A DNA stretch of 64,000 nt from Pseudonocardia sp. (GCF_036500625.1 NZ_DASYBQ010000012.1); one strand, 5' to 3'; positions 42,244 through 52,330 are shown, numbered from the stretch's first letter. The notes: generated by a model from the sequence alone, not told the origin. Translations and numbers: made by a program.

Positions 42244-43329
42244 TCAGCGGGCGCGGTGTGGGCGCGGTATGAGCTCCACGTCCACCGGCCTGGTCGGCTC
42301 GTTGGCGGCCCGCACCGTCTCGGTCACGATCTCGTGGTCGGGTGACAGGTGGCAGACCGGGTCGGTGCTCGCGGCGTCGCCGGTGAGCTGGAACGCCTGG
42401 CAGCGGCAGCCCCCGAAGTCGATCTCGCGGCGGTCGCAGCTCCGGCAGGGGTCCGGCATCCAGTCGGTGCCCCGGAACCGCTCGAAGACCGGGGCCCGGG
42501 TCCAGATCTGTTCCAGCGAGTCCTCCCGCACGTTCGCCCTCGGCAGCGGCAGCGCGTGCGCGGCGGGGCAGGGCAGGGTGTCGCCGTTGGGCGTCACGGT
42601 GAGCTGGCGCTTCGCCCACCCGCCCATGCAGGGCTTGGGGTACTGGCTGTAGTAGTCCGGGATGACATAGATGACGTCCATGCGTCCCTTCAACCGCTCG
42701 CGAGCGGCCCGGACCACCGTTTCCGCCTGTTCGAGCTGTTCCCTGCTGGGCAGCAACGCGTCCCGGTTGCGCCACGCCCAGCCGTAGTACTGCGTGTTGG
42801 CCAGCTCGATCCGGTCCGCCGCCAGCTCCTCGGCCCAGTCGAGGATGGGCTCGATCCGGTCGATGTTCTGCCGGTGCAGCACCACGTTCAAGGTGAACGG
42901 CCAGTCCAGCTCCTTCACCAGCCGGGCCGCCTCGATCTTGCGCTGGAACGATGGCGTGCCGGCGATCCGGTCCGAGGCGGCTGCCTCGTCGGCCTGGATG
43001 CTGATCTGGACGTGGTCGAGACCGGCCGCCTTGAGCTGCTCGGCGCGGCGCCGGGAAAGGCCGAGCGCGCTGGTGATCAGGTTGGTGTAGAGGCCGAGCT
43101 CGGTAGCGCCGGCCACGAGCTCCACGAGGTCACGGCGCAGCAGCGGCTCACCGCCGGACAGGTGAGCCTGCAGGACGCCGAGGTCCCTCGCCTCGGTGAG
43201 CACCCGGAGCCACTCCTGCGTGCTCAGCTCCCCCGAGTAGTCGGCGAGGTTGACCGGGTTGGAGCAGTACGCACAGGCCAGCGGGCAGCTGTAGGTGAGC
43301 TCGGCAAGAAGTCCGAAAGGTCTATCCAT
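42244..43329 (-). CDS. pqqE: PqqA peptide cyclase (radical SAM, SPASM)
   Basis: LLAELTY.CPLACAYCSNP (CxxxCxxC), SGGEPL, NTQYYGWA..NR, PKPCMGGW and DFGGCRCQAF motifs. Confidence 0.96.
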   Translation of the reverse strand: MDRPFGLLAELTYSCPLACAYCSNPVNLADYSGELSTQEWLRVLTEARDLGVLQAHLSGGEPLLRRDLVELVAGATELGLYTNLITSALGLSRRRAEQLKAAGLDHVQISIQADEAAASDRIAGTPSFQRKIEAARLVKELDWPFTLNVVLHRQNIDRIEPILDWAEELAADRIELANTQYYGWAWRNRDALLPSREQLEQAETVVRAARERLKGRMDVIYVIPDYYSQYPKPCMGGWAKRQLTVTPNGDTLPCPAAHALPLPRANVREDSLEQIWTRAPVFERFRGTDWMPDPCRSCDRREIDFGGCRCQAFQLTGDAASTDPVCHLSPDHEIVTETVRAANEPTRPVDVELIPRPHRAR

Positions 43330-43669
43330 CACTGATCTCCACACACCGCTTGGCGACCAGGCGGGCGAGGAACCGCCGCACCTCGCCGTCCAGCACGTAG
43401 TCCGCCACCCGGTTGTACCGGTCCCGCAGCTCGGTCACGATCTCGGTGACCGTCCGCTGCCCGTCGCAAAGGCCGATGATGTCCGCGCCGGTCGCGTTCA
43501 GCACAACGATAGTCTCCGGCCGCAACAGCACGTGCTGCTCACGCGCCCGGTCGAACGACAGCCGAACGTGCGGCGCCAGCCGGGGACGGCCCGACGAGGG
43601 CACCGGCGGACTCACCGCCGTGCCACCCGAGGGCTCCTCCACCGGACCGGAGCTACTCGACATAGGCAT
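43322..43669 (-). CDS. pqqD: PQQ biosynthesis peptide chaperone
   Basis: [13 protein letters not shown]....LN.TGA.I..LCDG.RTV (RRE domain). Located between pqqC and pqqE. Confidence 0.92.
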   Translation of the reverse strand: MPMSSSSGPVEEPSGGTAVSPPVPSSGRPRLAPHVRLSFDRAREQHVLLRPETIVVLNATGADIIGLCDGQRTVTEIVTELRDRYNRVADYVLDGEVRRFLARLVAKRCVEISDG

Positions 43670-44339
43670 GCTCGATCGCGTCCATCATGCTCCAGAGCAC
43701 ATCGCACTTGAACGACAACGCCGCCACCGCGCGCGCCTGGTCCTCAGCCGAGCGGCAGTACTCGGTCACCACTTCGAGAGCGTGCTCGGAGTCCCGGGGG
43801 GCCTGGCGCAGCCGGGCCCGGAAGTAGGCAAGGCCGTCCCGCTCGATCCACGGGTAGCAGCGCTCGAACGCGGCGAGACGCTCGGACATCAGGTCCGGCG
43901 CGAACAGTTCGGTCAGCGAGGACGCCACCGCCTCGACCCACGGCCGGGTGCGGGTGAACGTGACGTAGGCGTCCACGGCGAACCGCACGCCCGCCGCGAC
44001 GTGCCGCCCGTCGCGCACCTCCTCGCGGGTCAACCCGGCCGCTTCACCCAGCCGCAGCCAGGCCTCGATGCCGCCCTCCCCCGGCACCGTGCCGTCGTGA
44101 TCGACGATGCGGCGGATCCACCGTCGGCGCACCTCGAGGTCTGGGCAGTTGGACAGGATCGCGGCGTCCTTGCGCGGGATGTTCTCCTGGTAGTAGAAGC
44201 GGTTGGCCACCCAGCCCTGGATCTGGCGGCGGCTCAGCTGGCCGGCGTTCATCCGGACATGGAAGGGGTGCTGGTCGTGGTAGCCGCTCGACTGCGCGCG
44301 CAGCGCCTCGACGAAACTGTCGGTCTCTGTAGTCGTCAT
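43653..44339 (-). CDS. pqqC: Pyrroloquinoline-quinone synthase
   Basis: [48 protein letters not shown] and FK.D.LW motifs. Confidence 0.96.
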   Translation of the reverse strand: MTTTETDSFVEALRAQSSGYHDQHPFHVRMNAGQLSRRQIQGWVANRFYYQENIPRKDAAILSNCPDLEVRRRWIRRIVDHDGTVPGEGGIEAWLRLGEAAGLTREEVRDGRHVAAGVRFAVDAYVTFTRTRPWVEAVASSLTELFAPDLMSERLAAFERCYPWIERDGLAYFRARLRQAPRDSEHALEVVTEYCRSAEDQARAVAALSFKCDVLWSMMDAIEHAYVE

Positions 44340-45233
44340 CTAGACCTCTACCTCTAGCCCGTCCATGGCCACTTCCATACCACGCTCCTCGACAATGCGC
44401 CGCTCCGGCGCGTCATCCAGCAGGATGGGATTGGTGTTGTTGATGTGGATGTAGATCTTGCGCTCGATGGGCAGCGGTGACACCAGTTCCAGGCTGCCGC
44501 CCGGGCCGTCGATCGGCAGGTGCCCCATGTCGCGGGCGGTTTTACTTGCCAGGCCGAGCCGCACCATCTCGTCATCGCGCCAGCAGGTCCCGTCGATGAG
44601 CAGGCAGGCACAGTCGTCCATCTGGGCACGGACCTCCGCTGTGAGCTGCTGCACGCCAGGCAGGTAGACCAGCGCCCGGCCGCTGCGCTCGTCGGTCAGC
44701 CGGTATCCGACCACCCGCCCCTGCCGCGAGCCATGGCCGAAGCGGGCCCGCTTCTTCGTGGGCACGTCGAAGGCCCGGTAGGACAGCCCCGCACCGAGCG
44801 GCACGTCGGCCCCGGGCACGACCTCCTGCCATTCGACGGGGCAGTAGCGCTCCAGCGTCGGCAACAACGCCGAGCCCTCGCACAGCGTCTGGTGCGCCGA
44901 GCCGGTGGTGTGCAGCCGCAACCCCCGCCCCTCACGCAGCAGCAGCAGGCCGAGCGTGTGGTCCAGCTCGGCATCGGTGAGCAGCACCGCCTCCAGCGGC
45001 GTCGCCCTGTCGTCACGGGGATGCAGCGCGGGGAACGACTCGATCTGCGCCCGGATGTCGGGTGAGGCGTTGAAAAGGAACCATCGCCGGTAGTCGGCAC
45101 TCACCGCGATCGAGGACTGGGTGCGGGCCTGGCCGGGACGCTCGCCCGAACGGACCGCCCGGCAGGTCGGGCAGCTGCAGTTCCACTGCGGGAAGCCTCC
45201 TCCCGCCGCCGAGCCGAGCACCCGCATCCACAT
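44340..45233 (-). CDS. pqqB: PQQ biosynthesis protein B
   Basis: VLGSAAGGGFPQWNC.C..C, RTQSSIA, NASPD, LTD.E.DHTLGLL.LRE, GH and IHINNTNP motifs. Confidence 0.96.
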   Translation of the reverse strand: MWMRVLGSAAGGGFPQWNCSCPTCRAVRSGERPGQARTQSSIAVSADYRRWFLFNASPDIRAQIESFPALHPRDDRATPLEAVLLTDAELDHTLGLLLLREGRGLRLHTTGSAHQTLCEGSALLPTLERYCPVEWQEVVPGADVPLGAGLSYRAFDVPTKKRARFGHGSRQGRVVGYRLTDERSGRALVYLPGVQQLTAEVRAQMDDCACLLIDGTCWRDDEMVRLGLASKTARDMGHLPIDGPGGSLELVSPLPIERKIYIHINNTNPILLDDAPERRIVEERGMEVAMDGLEVEV

Positions 45234-45282
45234 CCTGGCGGTCCACTCCTGTCCAACCGGTGTTCGTGACCAACAGACTGGG

Positions 45283-45308
45283 GGTGCCGGGCTCTGGAGC
45301 CCGGCACC
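45283..45308. terminator. Stem-loop between pqqA and pqqB
   Basis: ggtgccgggctc / gagcccggcacc, about 20 nt downstream of the pqqA stop. Confidence 0.65.
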
Positions 45309-45328
45309 ACCTGTCGTCTACTCGTCCG

Positions 45329-45424
45329 CTAGTCGTCCATCTGGGCGACGTACATGGTCACCTCGGGTGCGACCGCGATTTCTTCGAACTCCGGGGTTTC
45401 CCACGCATGTGGCTGAGACTCCAT
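45329..45424 (-). CDS. pqqA: PQQ precursor peptide (31 aa)
   Basis: Manual translation MESQPHAWETPEFEEIAVAPEVTMYVAQMDD with W.TP and ExxxY (EVTMY). AGGAGG RBS at 45435-45440. Absent from the ORF track. Confidence 0.93.
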   Translation of the reverse strand: MESQPHAWETPEFEEIAVAPEVTMYVAQMDD

Positions 45425-46419
45425 ATAACTACAACCTCCTTTCCGCCGATCTGGTGCCGAAAGACGGCACTACTTCCGGCCGGGCCAGAAGTGGACCTCC
45501 TCGCCCTCCTTGTCCGGGTGGATCCGTGGCTTGACGTCACCGCTCGGGCTGATCTCACCCAGCGTCCACCATGTGGCAGGAGAGCACCGAGGGATCCCAG
45601 TCAGCTGATCGGGCGGGATCCGAATTTCGGCGCGCACACTGCTGGCGAGCAGCTCCTCAGCGTGTGCGATGCCTCCGGCGACGGGCAACCGGCCCAGTGT
45701 AGGCCCCATTTTGCCGGCGTCGCCTCCTGAACCCGACTCCAATAATGCATATGTATGTCTTCTTGATCTACTATACGTACGGAGCGTATCACCGGAGATA
45801 TTGATGGTCAAGGGTTGAATTTATCATGGCTTAACCTGGCCAAAATATATGTCCGCGGGTTGTCGTCCGGTCAAGGCATGCCCTCTCCCTTCTGGTCTTC
45901 TCGAGCCCCGACACTTATGATCTTCCCCGTTCGGAAAACCACCGGAGCCAACCTGTTAACGTCACGAAGAAATCGACACGATGCGGCACGTCGGGCCCTA
46001 TCGGCATGCCATGGGCCTCGCATTTCTCGACACGTATTCGGGCGCGGGAGCGACGGCGCCTGCCGCAGGTGAACCATGCGCGGTCGAGATGTGCCGCTCG
46101 GAGTCCCGCCACACCGTTCCGCCAGGACAGGCATCGGCTGCGCTCCCTGGCCAAACGAGCTCCGCTCGCTGCCACCCATGATCAACCTTAAGCCAACTCA
46201 AACCATAGCCGCAGCTCACAGTCGGTTTCGCCATCCCCTGACCAGTATCCGGCGGCCGAGCAGCGCCACAACACCGGGCCTTCAGTGGCCCGCTGTCCAC
46301 TCGAGCCGAAGGCCACTTTGATGCAGTTTGGGCTACCAGGCTGACATGAGGAGGGATTTCCGCGACGACCTCTATCTTCATTCCCGGGGCGACGCCGCTG
46401 ATATACAGCGCGGAGAAGC

Positions 46420-46880
46420 TGATCGGCTACCTCGTCGCGCCCTCGGCCTTGTGTTCGGCACCGCGATCTCGTTCAGCGGCATTGTGCTCGCGCTCGCCGC
46501 AATTCTCACCCCCCACCAAAGTACGGGTTCAACGCGATTACATCGCCATCTTTGCCGCCGCGCCGCCCGTGATGGTCGCACTCACACGGGCCGCGCCGCT
46601 CACAACAATCGACGGCATAATACTGGTCGCGCTTGTCGTACTGTTTATCATCTACCTCGCCACACCGGAGGGCGGTCGGGAAACACAGGTGTTCCGAAAC
46701 GCCGAAGTGTACGAAGAACCGGTGGAGGCGGACGCCAGAAAAAGACGATGTCCGCCGGGCGGTGGAACCGGTCCGCAGAGGTGCGCCCGCAGATCGGGGT
46801 GCGGAACGTGATCGGCAGCCTTGTCTTCTCGATCACTGGCAATCTGGGCGTCATTTTGCTCGCGGGCGGCGGTCGCCGTC
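46420..46880 (+). pseudogene. Fragmented sodium:calcium antiporter (CaCA family)
   Basis: ALGLVFGTAIS..GIVLALAAILTP, VQRDYIAIFAAAPPVM...DGIILVALVVLFIIY and NVIGS...NLG lie in alternating frames. Confidence 0.5.
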
Positions 46881-47323
46881 GGTCCCGACATGATCAGATG
46901 GCATCTACCAGTGCTTATCGTGTCGACGCGGGGCTCCTGAGCGTCTGGCGAGCCGCCGAGGCGGGGCACATCTACAAGTGATCGAGTAGGTGAATTGAGC
47001 TGGTGATACTGATGGCGGTCAATCACCTGCCTGGTTTACCGGGTAAGTACGAGCCTAAACTGGACCCGGTCAAGGAAAAGCCGCCAGGTCGCGAGGAACG
47101 ACGAAGAGCGGGACGGGCATTCATTACCTGGCTCTCACCAGCCCGGCTGAACCGCGGGCCCATCAAGCCTGGCGTTCGTCACGCTCAGTAAAATACGACA
47201 GCCCGGCCGCCCCCACGCAACGAACGTGAGGTACTTCCCGAGCGAAGCCGATCTTCCCGACGATGTAGAGGGTGGCGATCCAAACGCCGCTCAACCGGCT
47301 CGATCAAACGAGCAAGAAATTCC

Positions 47324-47399
47324 TGGTGGAGCTGAGGGGACTCGAACCCCTGACCCTCACACTGCCAGTGTGATGCGCTACCAGCTGCGCCACAGCCCC
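47324..47399 (-). tRNA. tRNA-Ala (GGC)
   Basis: GGGGCTGTGGCGCAGCTGGTAGCGC, anticodon arm TCACA-CTGGCAG-TGTGA, GGTTCGAGTCC and encoded CCA. 76 nt. Confidence 0.97.
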
Positions 47400-47551
47400 T
47401 ACAAATGAACAATTTACCGGATGGCCGCTGGCCTCCCGCGGCGGGGGCCCGCTGAGGCGCCCGAACGGTATTAGTGCCCGTCCCGTGGGTTCGATGCCGG
47501 GCCAGCGCGGCCGGCTGGATGATCCACCGGACAGGCCCTAGTGTCGGCCCT

Positions 47552-48901
47552 GTGACGCGACCACTGTGGGCCCCGCCTCAGCTCGTCGACCCCGATGCTG
47601 AGGGATGTGACCCGCAATGGCGCCGTGACCTGCAACAACGACGACTGCGTGAGCTGGTGGACCGGCTGCTGCGGGCCGAAGGGCTACAGGCACGGCGGCT
47701 TCGGGCGGCGGGGGTGCACGCCGGCACCGATGTCTCGCTGGACGAGCTGGCCGCACTGCCCACGGTGCGGAAGGCGGACCTCTGGGAGCACTACCCGTGG
47801 GGGCTGCTGGCCGCGCGCCGGGAGGACATCGTCTGCTTCCACGGGTCGTCCGGCACCAGCGGCCGCCCGACGCTGGTGCCCTACACCGCCGTCGACATCG
47901 CTGTCTGGGCCGAGGTGATGGCCAGGGCGCTCGGTGGTGGCGGGGCCGACCGGTCCAGCGTGATCCAGGTGGCGTACGGCTATGGACTGTTCACCGGCGG
48001 CCAGGGTGTGCACCACGGCGGTATGCGGCTGGGTGCCACGGTGCTGCCGATGTCTGCCGGCATGACCGACCGGCAGCTGCGGCTGCTGGCCGACCTGCGG
48101 CCCGACGTGTTGTGTTGTACCCCGTCCTACGCGATATACCTGGGTGAGGCGCTGCGGGCCTCCGGGGTGGCGCCGGGTGCCGCCTCTCCCATCGTCGGCC
48201 TGTTCGGTGCCGAGCCGTGGACCGAGGGGATGCGCCAGCAGATCGAGTCGCTGCTCGGGCTGCGCGCCCTGGACATCTACGGGCTCTCCGAGATCATCGG
48301 TCCCGGCGTGGCGTGCGAGTCGCTGGACTCCGGTGGACTGCTCAACGTGGCCGAAGACCATTTCTACGTGGAAGCCGTGGACAACGAGGGCAACCCGGTG
48401 CCTGACGGTGTCGCGGGCGAGCTGGTGTTCAGCACGCTGACCAAGACCGGGATGCCGCTGCTGCGCTACCGCAGCGGGGACATCGCCACCCTGCACCCGC
48501 CGAGCCCAGAGTCACCACGCACGCTGCGGCGGATGGGCAAGCTGCTCGGCCGCGCCGACGACATGCTGGTGATCCGGGGGGTCAACGTGTTCCCCAGCGA
48601 GATCGAAGCGGTACTGCTGGCCGACCGCCGGGTCGGCCCGCACTACCTGATTGTTGAAGATCGGCGAGTGCCGACCCGCCCGGAGCTTCGGGTCGCGGTG
48701 GAACCGATGGCCGACACGGTGGATAAGGACACGTTGCGCGACGAACTGGTCGCGGCGCTGCGGCGGTCACTCGGGGTGGGCTGCGTGGTGCGGGTGGTAT
48801 CCCCCGGCAGGCTGCCGCGCACCGAGGCCGGGAAGACGACGCGCCTCGAGCGTTGGAGTGAGGACGGCCGCGAGCCCAGCAGGTGGCAGGAGCTGTTCTG
48901 A
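47552..48901 (+). CDS. paaK: Phenylacetate--CoA ligase
   Basis: HGSSGTSG.PT, YGYGLFTGG.G.H.G, CTPSYA, GAEPW, DIYGLSE, LLRYR.GD and GR.DDML.IRGVNVFPS motifs. TAGTGT 7 nt before GTG 47552. Confidence 0.9.
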   Translation: MTRPLWAPPQLVDPDAEGCDPQWRRDLQQRRLRELVDRLLRAEGLQARRLRAAGVHAGTDVSLDELAALPTVRKADLWEHYPWGLLAARREDIVCFHGSSGTSGRPTLVPYTAVDIAVWAEVMARALGGGGADRSSVIQVAYGYGLFTGGQGVHHGGMRLGATVLPMSAGMTDRQLRLLADLRPDVLCCTPSYAIYLGEALRASGVAPGAASPIVGLFGAEPWTEGMRQQIESLLGLRALDIYGLSEIIGPGVACESLDSGGLLNVAEDHFYVEAVDNEGNPVPDGVAGELVFSTLTKTGMPLLRYRSGDIATLHPPSPESPRTLRRMGKLLGRADDMLVIRGVNVFPSEIEAVLLADRRVGPHYLIVEDRRVPTRPELRVAVEPMADTVDKDTLRDELVAALRRSLGVGCVVRVVSPGRLPRTEAGKTTRLERWSEDGREPSRWQELF

Positions 48902-48912
48902 GGGGCCGGCGC

Positions 48913-49590
48913 TTACTTCGTCAGGTTGGTCAGCCAGGAGTCGTCGGAGATGTCGGCGAACTTGCCGTTGGCGATGACCGTCGGCGTGCCGAAGCCGTCC
49001 GAGCCCTCGGCCCGGATCGACGGGTCCTTGGTGGCCCGCAACGTCTCGCCGCTCACCGCCTTGTTGAACTTGCCCTGGGTCACGCACTGCGCGAAGGAGC
49101 CGGGCGCACCGACCTGTTGGCCCTTGGCGATCAAGTCCTGGTTGCTGAGCCCGGCGGAGCCCTCGCCCGGCGCCTCGGCAAAGAGCTTCTGGTGGTACTG
49201 GGGGAAGACCCCGGCCTCGGCAGCACACAGGCTGGCATTCGCCGCGCGCAGCGAGTAACCGGTCGGGGTGGTGTTGCGGTTGAGGATATCCACCGGGTGG
49301 TAGACGACCTGGATCTTGCTGTCGTTGATCGCCTGGGACATCTTGCCACCGTCCCTGGCCTCAAACGCCTTGCAGAACGGGCACAGGAAGTCCTCGTACA
49401 CGTCCACCTTGTTGGCTGCGGGCTTGCCGGCGACCACGGTCGCCCCTTGCACCGTCGCGGTGTAGCTAGCGGAGGAGCTGTCGGAACTGGAGTTGCTGCG
49501 CAGCGAGACCACGGCCCAGCCGACCAGCACGACAACGACCAGCACACCGACCACGATGTAAGTGACGTTGACCTTACTCTTCTGCGCCAC
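48913..49590 (-). CDS. Membrane-anchored DsbA/thioredoxin-fold protein
   Basis: N-terminal TM, VDVYEDFLCPFCK (CxxC) and GTPTV motifs. Confidence 0.9.
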   Translation of the reverse strand: MAQKSKVNVTYIVVGVLVVVVLVGWAVVSLRSNSSSDSSSASYTATVQGATVVAGKPAANKVDVYEDFLCPFCKAFEARDGGKMSQAINDSKIQVVYHPVDILNRNTTPTGYSLRAANASLCAAEAGVFPQYHQKLFAEAPGEGSAGLSNQDLIAKGQQVGAPGSFAQCVTQGKFNKAVSGETLRATKDPSIRAEGSDGFGTPTVIANGKFADISDDSWLTNLTK

Positions 49591-50137
49591 GTCGGTGACC
49601 TCCTCCGCCCTGCGGCTGATCTTCTCCTGGGGTGAGTAAGTGCTCCAGCGCGAGCAGGGTACGTGGCCTGACAACTAACCAGACCGCGAGGATGAGAAAC
49701 CCTGTGTCACGAAGCAGTTCCGTACCGTAGCTGGTCTGGTCCGGGGCAACGGCACCGCCACCGCCGAAACAGCCGCAGTCGATGGCCAGGCCCCGCGCCC
49801 ATGCCTGCGCCACGCCGAACATGAACGCCAGCAACACCATGGCGGAGGTGACGGCCACCTGGCGCACGCCAAGTCCCATCAGCAGCAGCACACCGAGCGT
49901 CAGCTCGAACCAGGGCAGCACGCCGGCGACCACATCGGCGACCTCGCCGGGCAGCAACTGGTAGGCGTGCACCGCGACCGTGGTCTCAAGCTGGTTGCTG
50001 GCCTTGATCGTGCCGGAGACCAACCACACGAGGGCAAGACCCAGACGCACCGCGGTGCCGACCATGTCCAACACCCTGTCCGACCGAGTGCCGGGCACGG
50101 CGCTTCGGTCGGGATGCAGAGATACGTCTGGCGACAC
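49574..50137 (-). CDS. MauE/DoxX family membrane protein
   Basis: RLGLA.VWL.SG..K, V.AYQLLP, LP..EL.LG.LLL.G, QAWARGL.IDCGCFGGGG and LRD motifs. Confidence 0.9.
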   Translation of the reverse strand: MSPDVSLHPDRSAVPGTRSDRVLDMVGTAVRLGLALVWLVSGTIKASNQLETTVAVHAYQLLPGEVADVVAGVLPWFELTLGVLLLMGLGVRQVAVTSAMVLLAFMFGVAQAWARGLAIDCGCFGGGGAVAPDQTSYGTELLRDTGFLILAVWLVVRPRTLLALEHLLTPGEDQPQGGGGHRRGAEE

Positions 50138-50199
50138 GTCAGTAGCCTAGGACATACCGCCAAATGGATGATTCACCGGTCAGCGAAAGTGCCCGCCGG

Positions 50200-50249
50200 G
50201 CGCGGGGCCAGCAGGCGCGCGCGGGGCCAGCAGGTGAGCCTGGCCCCGC
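50200..50249. terminator. Hairpin with duplicated left arm downstream of mshB
   Basis: gcgcggggccagcagg at 50200-50215 and 50219-50234, with inverted cctggccccgc at 50239-50249. Confidence 0.4.
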
Positions 50250-50436
50250 CAGTTGCTGGAGACCACCGACATGCCACTCGACCTGGTAGCCAACCGGGCC
50301 GGCTCCAGCGCAGCCGCTTCGCTGCGTGAGCACCTGCGCCGACGCACCTCCACGACGCCGTCGAACTACCGCCGCTCGTTCCGCGACCGCGTCGCGCGGT
50401 CAGCGAGCCGGTGAGCACCGAACGCCGCAGCGGCGA

Positions 50437-51321
50437 TCAGGCCAGGCCGGCAAACAGGTCGTCCTCCCAACCCTGCTCTCCCGGCCCCGCCGGGCCGCGC
50501 GCACCGTGCACGAGCTGGAAGTGTTCGTAGCGGAACTGTGCCCCCTTCACGAACCGTGCGAAGAATCCATCATCCAGGTTGACCTGGCTTCGATAGGCAC
50601 GCAGCGCGGCCAGCTTGGCCGGCAGGTACTCCTCGCCGTCCAGCCGAGCGGTGATCTTGTCATCAGTCGCGCCCGGCATCTGCTCGGCGAACTCGGCGCC
50701 GACCTCCTCGGCCATCTTCAGCACCGCCGAGCGCGGCACCACCGACCAGTACACCTTGGGCACCCGCCACGGCTCACCCAGCTCAGGGGCATATTCGGGG
50801 TCGGCCGCCGGCGTGATCGCGGCCATCGTGACCCGGTGCGCCTGGATGTGATCCGGATGGCCATAGCCGCCGTGCGGGTCATAGGTGACCACTACGGTGG
50901 GCTGCTCCCTGCGCAGTACCTCGACCAGGGCGCGCACCGGCTCTGTCAGCTCCGCGCGGTAGAACGCCCGCTGGTGCTCGTTCTCCGGCGTGCCGACCAT
51001 GCCGCTGTCCCACCACCGGCCGGCGCCTCCAAGCCACACGTAGCGCTTGACACCCAGCTCGGTCATGGCGGCGGCCAACTCCGACTCGCGGTACTTGCCC
51101 AATGCATCGGGCCCCGCGTCACGCAGCTGCGCCAGATCATCGGCCACCACCTCGCCCCGCTCGCCCCGGGTGCAAGTGACCAGGCAGACCGGCACGCCCT
51201 CGGACGCGTAGCGGGCCATGGTGGCCCCGGTGCCGGTGGTTTCGTCATCGGGATGGGCATGGACCAGCACTAGCCGCCGGGCGGCGGCCTCGCTGCTGGA
51301 TTCGCTGATGGGCTCTGTCAC
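50437..51321 (-). CDS. mshB: MshB-like GlcNAc-Ins deacetylase (PIG-L family)
   Basis: LVHAHPDDET, VTCT.GE.GEV, DSGM.G and TYD..GGYGHPDHIQAH motifs. Lacks the Mca-type ESSKG. Confidence 0.78.
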   Translation of the reverse strand: MTEPISESSSEAAARRLVLVHAHPDDETTGTGATMARYASEGVPVCLVTCTRGERGEVVADDLAQLRDAGPDALGKYRESELAAAMTELGVKRYVWLGGAGRWWDSGMVGTPENEHQRAFYRAELTEPVRALVEVLRREQPTVVVTYDPHGGYGHPDHIQAHRVTMAAITPAADPEYAPELGEPWRVPKVYWSVVPRSAVLKMAEEVGAEFAEQMPGATDDKITARLDGEEYLPAKLAALRAYRSQVNLDDGFFARFVKGAQFRYEHFQLVHGARGPAGPGEQGWEDDLFAGLA

Positions 51322-51466
51322 GCACACAGTCGACCACGGCACCCCGACAATTTCACCTCTCTGGCCATCGACCGGTCGAGGTGGGAAGTGCGCGGGCAGC
51401 CACGGTGATCCCCGCGCACCTCACGTCGTCGCGGCGGCGTACCGCCATCGCGGCACACGGCTGCGA

Positions 51467-51745
51467 TCAGAACAGGTTCTTGATCGCGTCCTTGAGCGAG
51501 TGCACATCGCTGACCTTGTCCTTGGCCCCGTCCACCTTGTCGCCGGCGGAGTCCTTGGCGTCCGACAGCTTGTCGCTGCCCGAGTCCTTGGCATCCGACA
51601 GCTTGTGGCTGGCGGAGTCCTTGGCTGACTGAACCTTGTCCTGGACGCCGTAGTCGCTGTCCGAGGCGCTCGCCACGCCCGCGATACCGAGTGAACCGAC
51701 CACAGCAATCGCCGCCGCCAGGGCAATGCGCTCCGTACGACCCAT
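51467..51745 (-). CDS. Small secreted protein with LEA-like 11-mer repeats
   Basis: Signal peptide ending ASA, repeats AKDSASHKLSD/AKDSGSDKLSD/AKDSAGDKVDG, and GGAGGAG RBS. Confidence 0.8.
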   Translation of the reverse strand: MGRTERIALAAAIAVVGSLGIAGVASASDSDYGVQDKVQSAKDSASHKLSDAKDSGSDKLSDAKDSAGDKVDGAKDKVSDVHSLKDAIKNLF

Positions 51746-51858
51746 GACTTCTCCTCCACATGACCAGCTGAGCGGGTTGGCAAAACGACGAACGGTCCCC
51801 GAGCCGCACGACCGCTATAACAGTGCGACCCAGTACCAGTTACGCGGCTACTCAGTGT

Positions 51859-51874
51859 TGTGGGTTAGATCACA
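51859..51874. promoter_or_regulatory. CRP/GlxR-like site
   Basis: TGTGG-gttaga-TCACA is a 9/10 match to TGTGA-N6-TCACA, in an AT-richer region about 115 bp upstream of the LEA-like gene. Confidence 0.4.
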
Positions 51875-52029
51875 TATCACAGGCATCGGGCAGTAATCAT
51901 GCGCCTCATATATCTCATCTCCCGGGATTAAGGGGTAGATAAGGTCGTCTAGCTCGCTACAGAGGACACCCATTCAGCATCCGGCGATGGCACTCCCCAC
52001 CTCAATTTGCGCAGCCGGGCGGTCGGCGG

Positions 52030-52330
52030 AGGGCGTCCACCTGGTAGATCGCGCCGAGATCGCCGGACAGGTTGGCACGCACGGTTCTGGTGACCTCGTC
52101 GGCCAGCACTACCTCATGGCCGGCCGGCCAGCAATGCCTGCATCGTCCGTTCCTCGGCGTCCTGAGGGGCGATCTTGGGCACATCCGTCCACGCGGCCAG
52201 GTCGGTGTCCACGAAGCCGCAGTGGCACCAGGCCCGGATCGGGCACGCCGCCCGGGCTGCGCGCCCCCGCATGAACCTTCGCGGCATCGTGCTCGATCAA
52301 CCTCCGGGCGAACTCCAGCGAACCCGGCAA
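52030..52330 (-). pseudogene. SDR oxidoreductase remnant (N- and C-terminal pieces joined by a large deletion)
   Basis: LEFARRLIEHDAAKVHAGAR...DPGLVPLRL abuts GFVDTDLAA..DVPK..P...LAG.HEVVLADEVTR.VRA.LSGD. Confidence 0.6.

Noticed and set aside
45470-45811. 113-aa ORF upstream of pqqA as an additional pqq gene
   Set aside because: No recognisable motif, atypical low-GC 5' half and no RBS. Cannot be supported.
47200-47323. Integrase next to tRNA-Ala or ssrA
   Set aside because: No tyrosine or serine recombinase motifs were found in any frame near either site.
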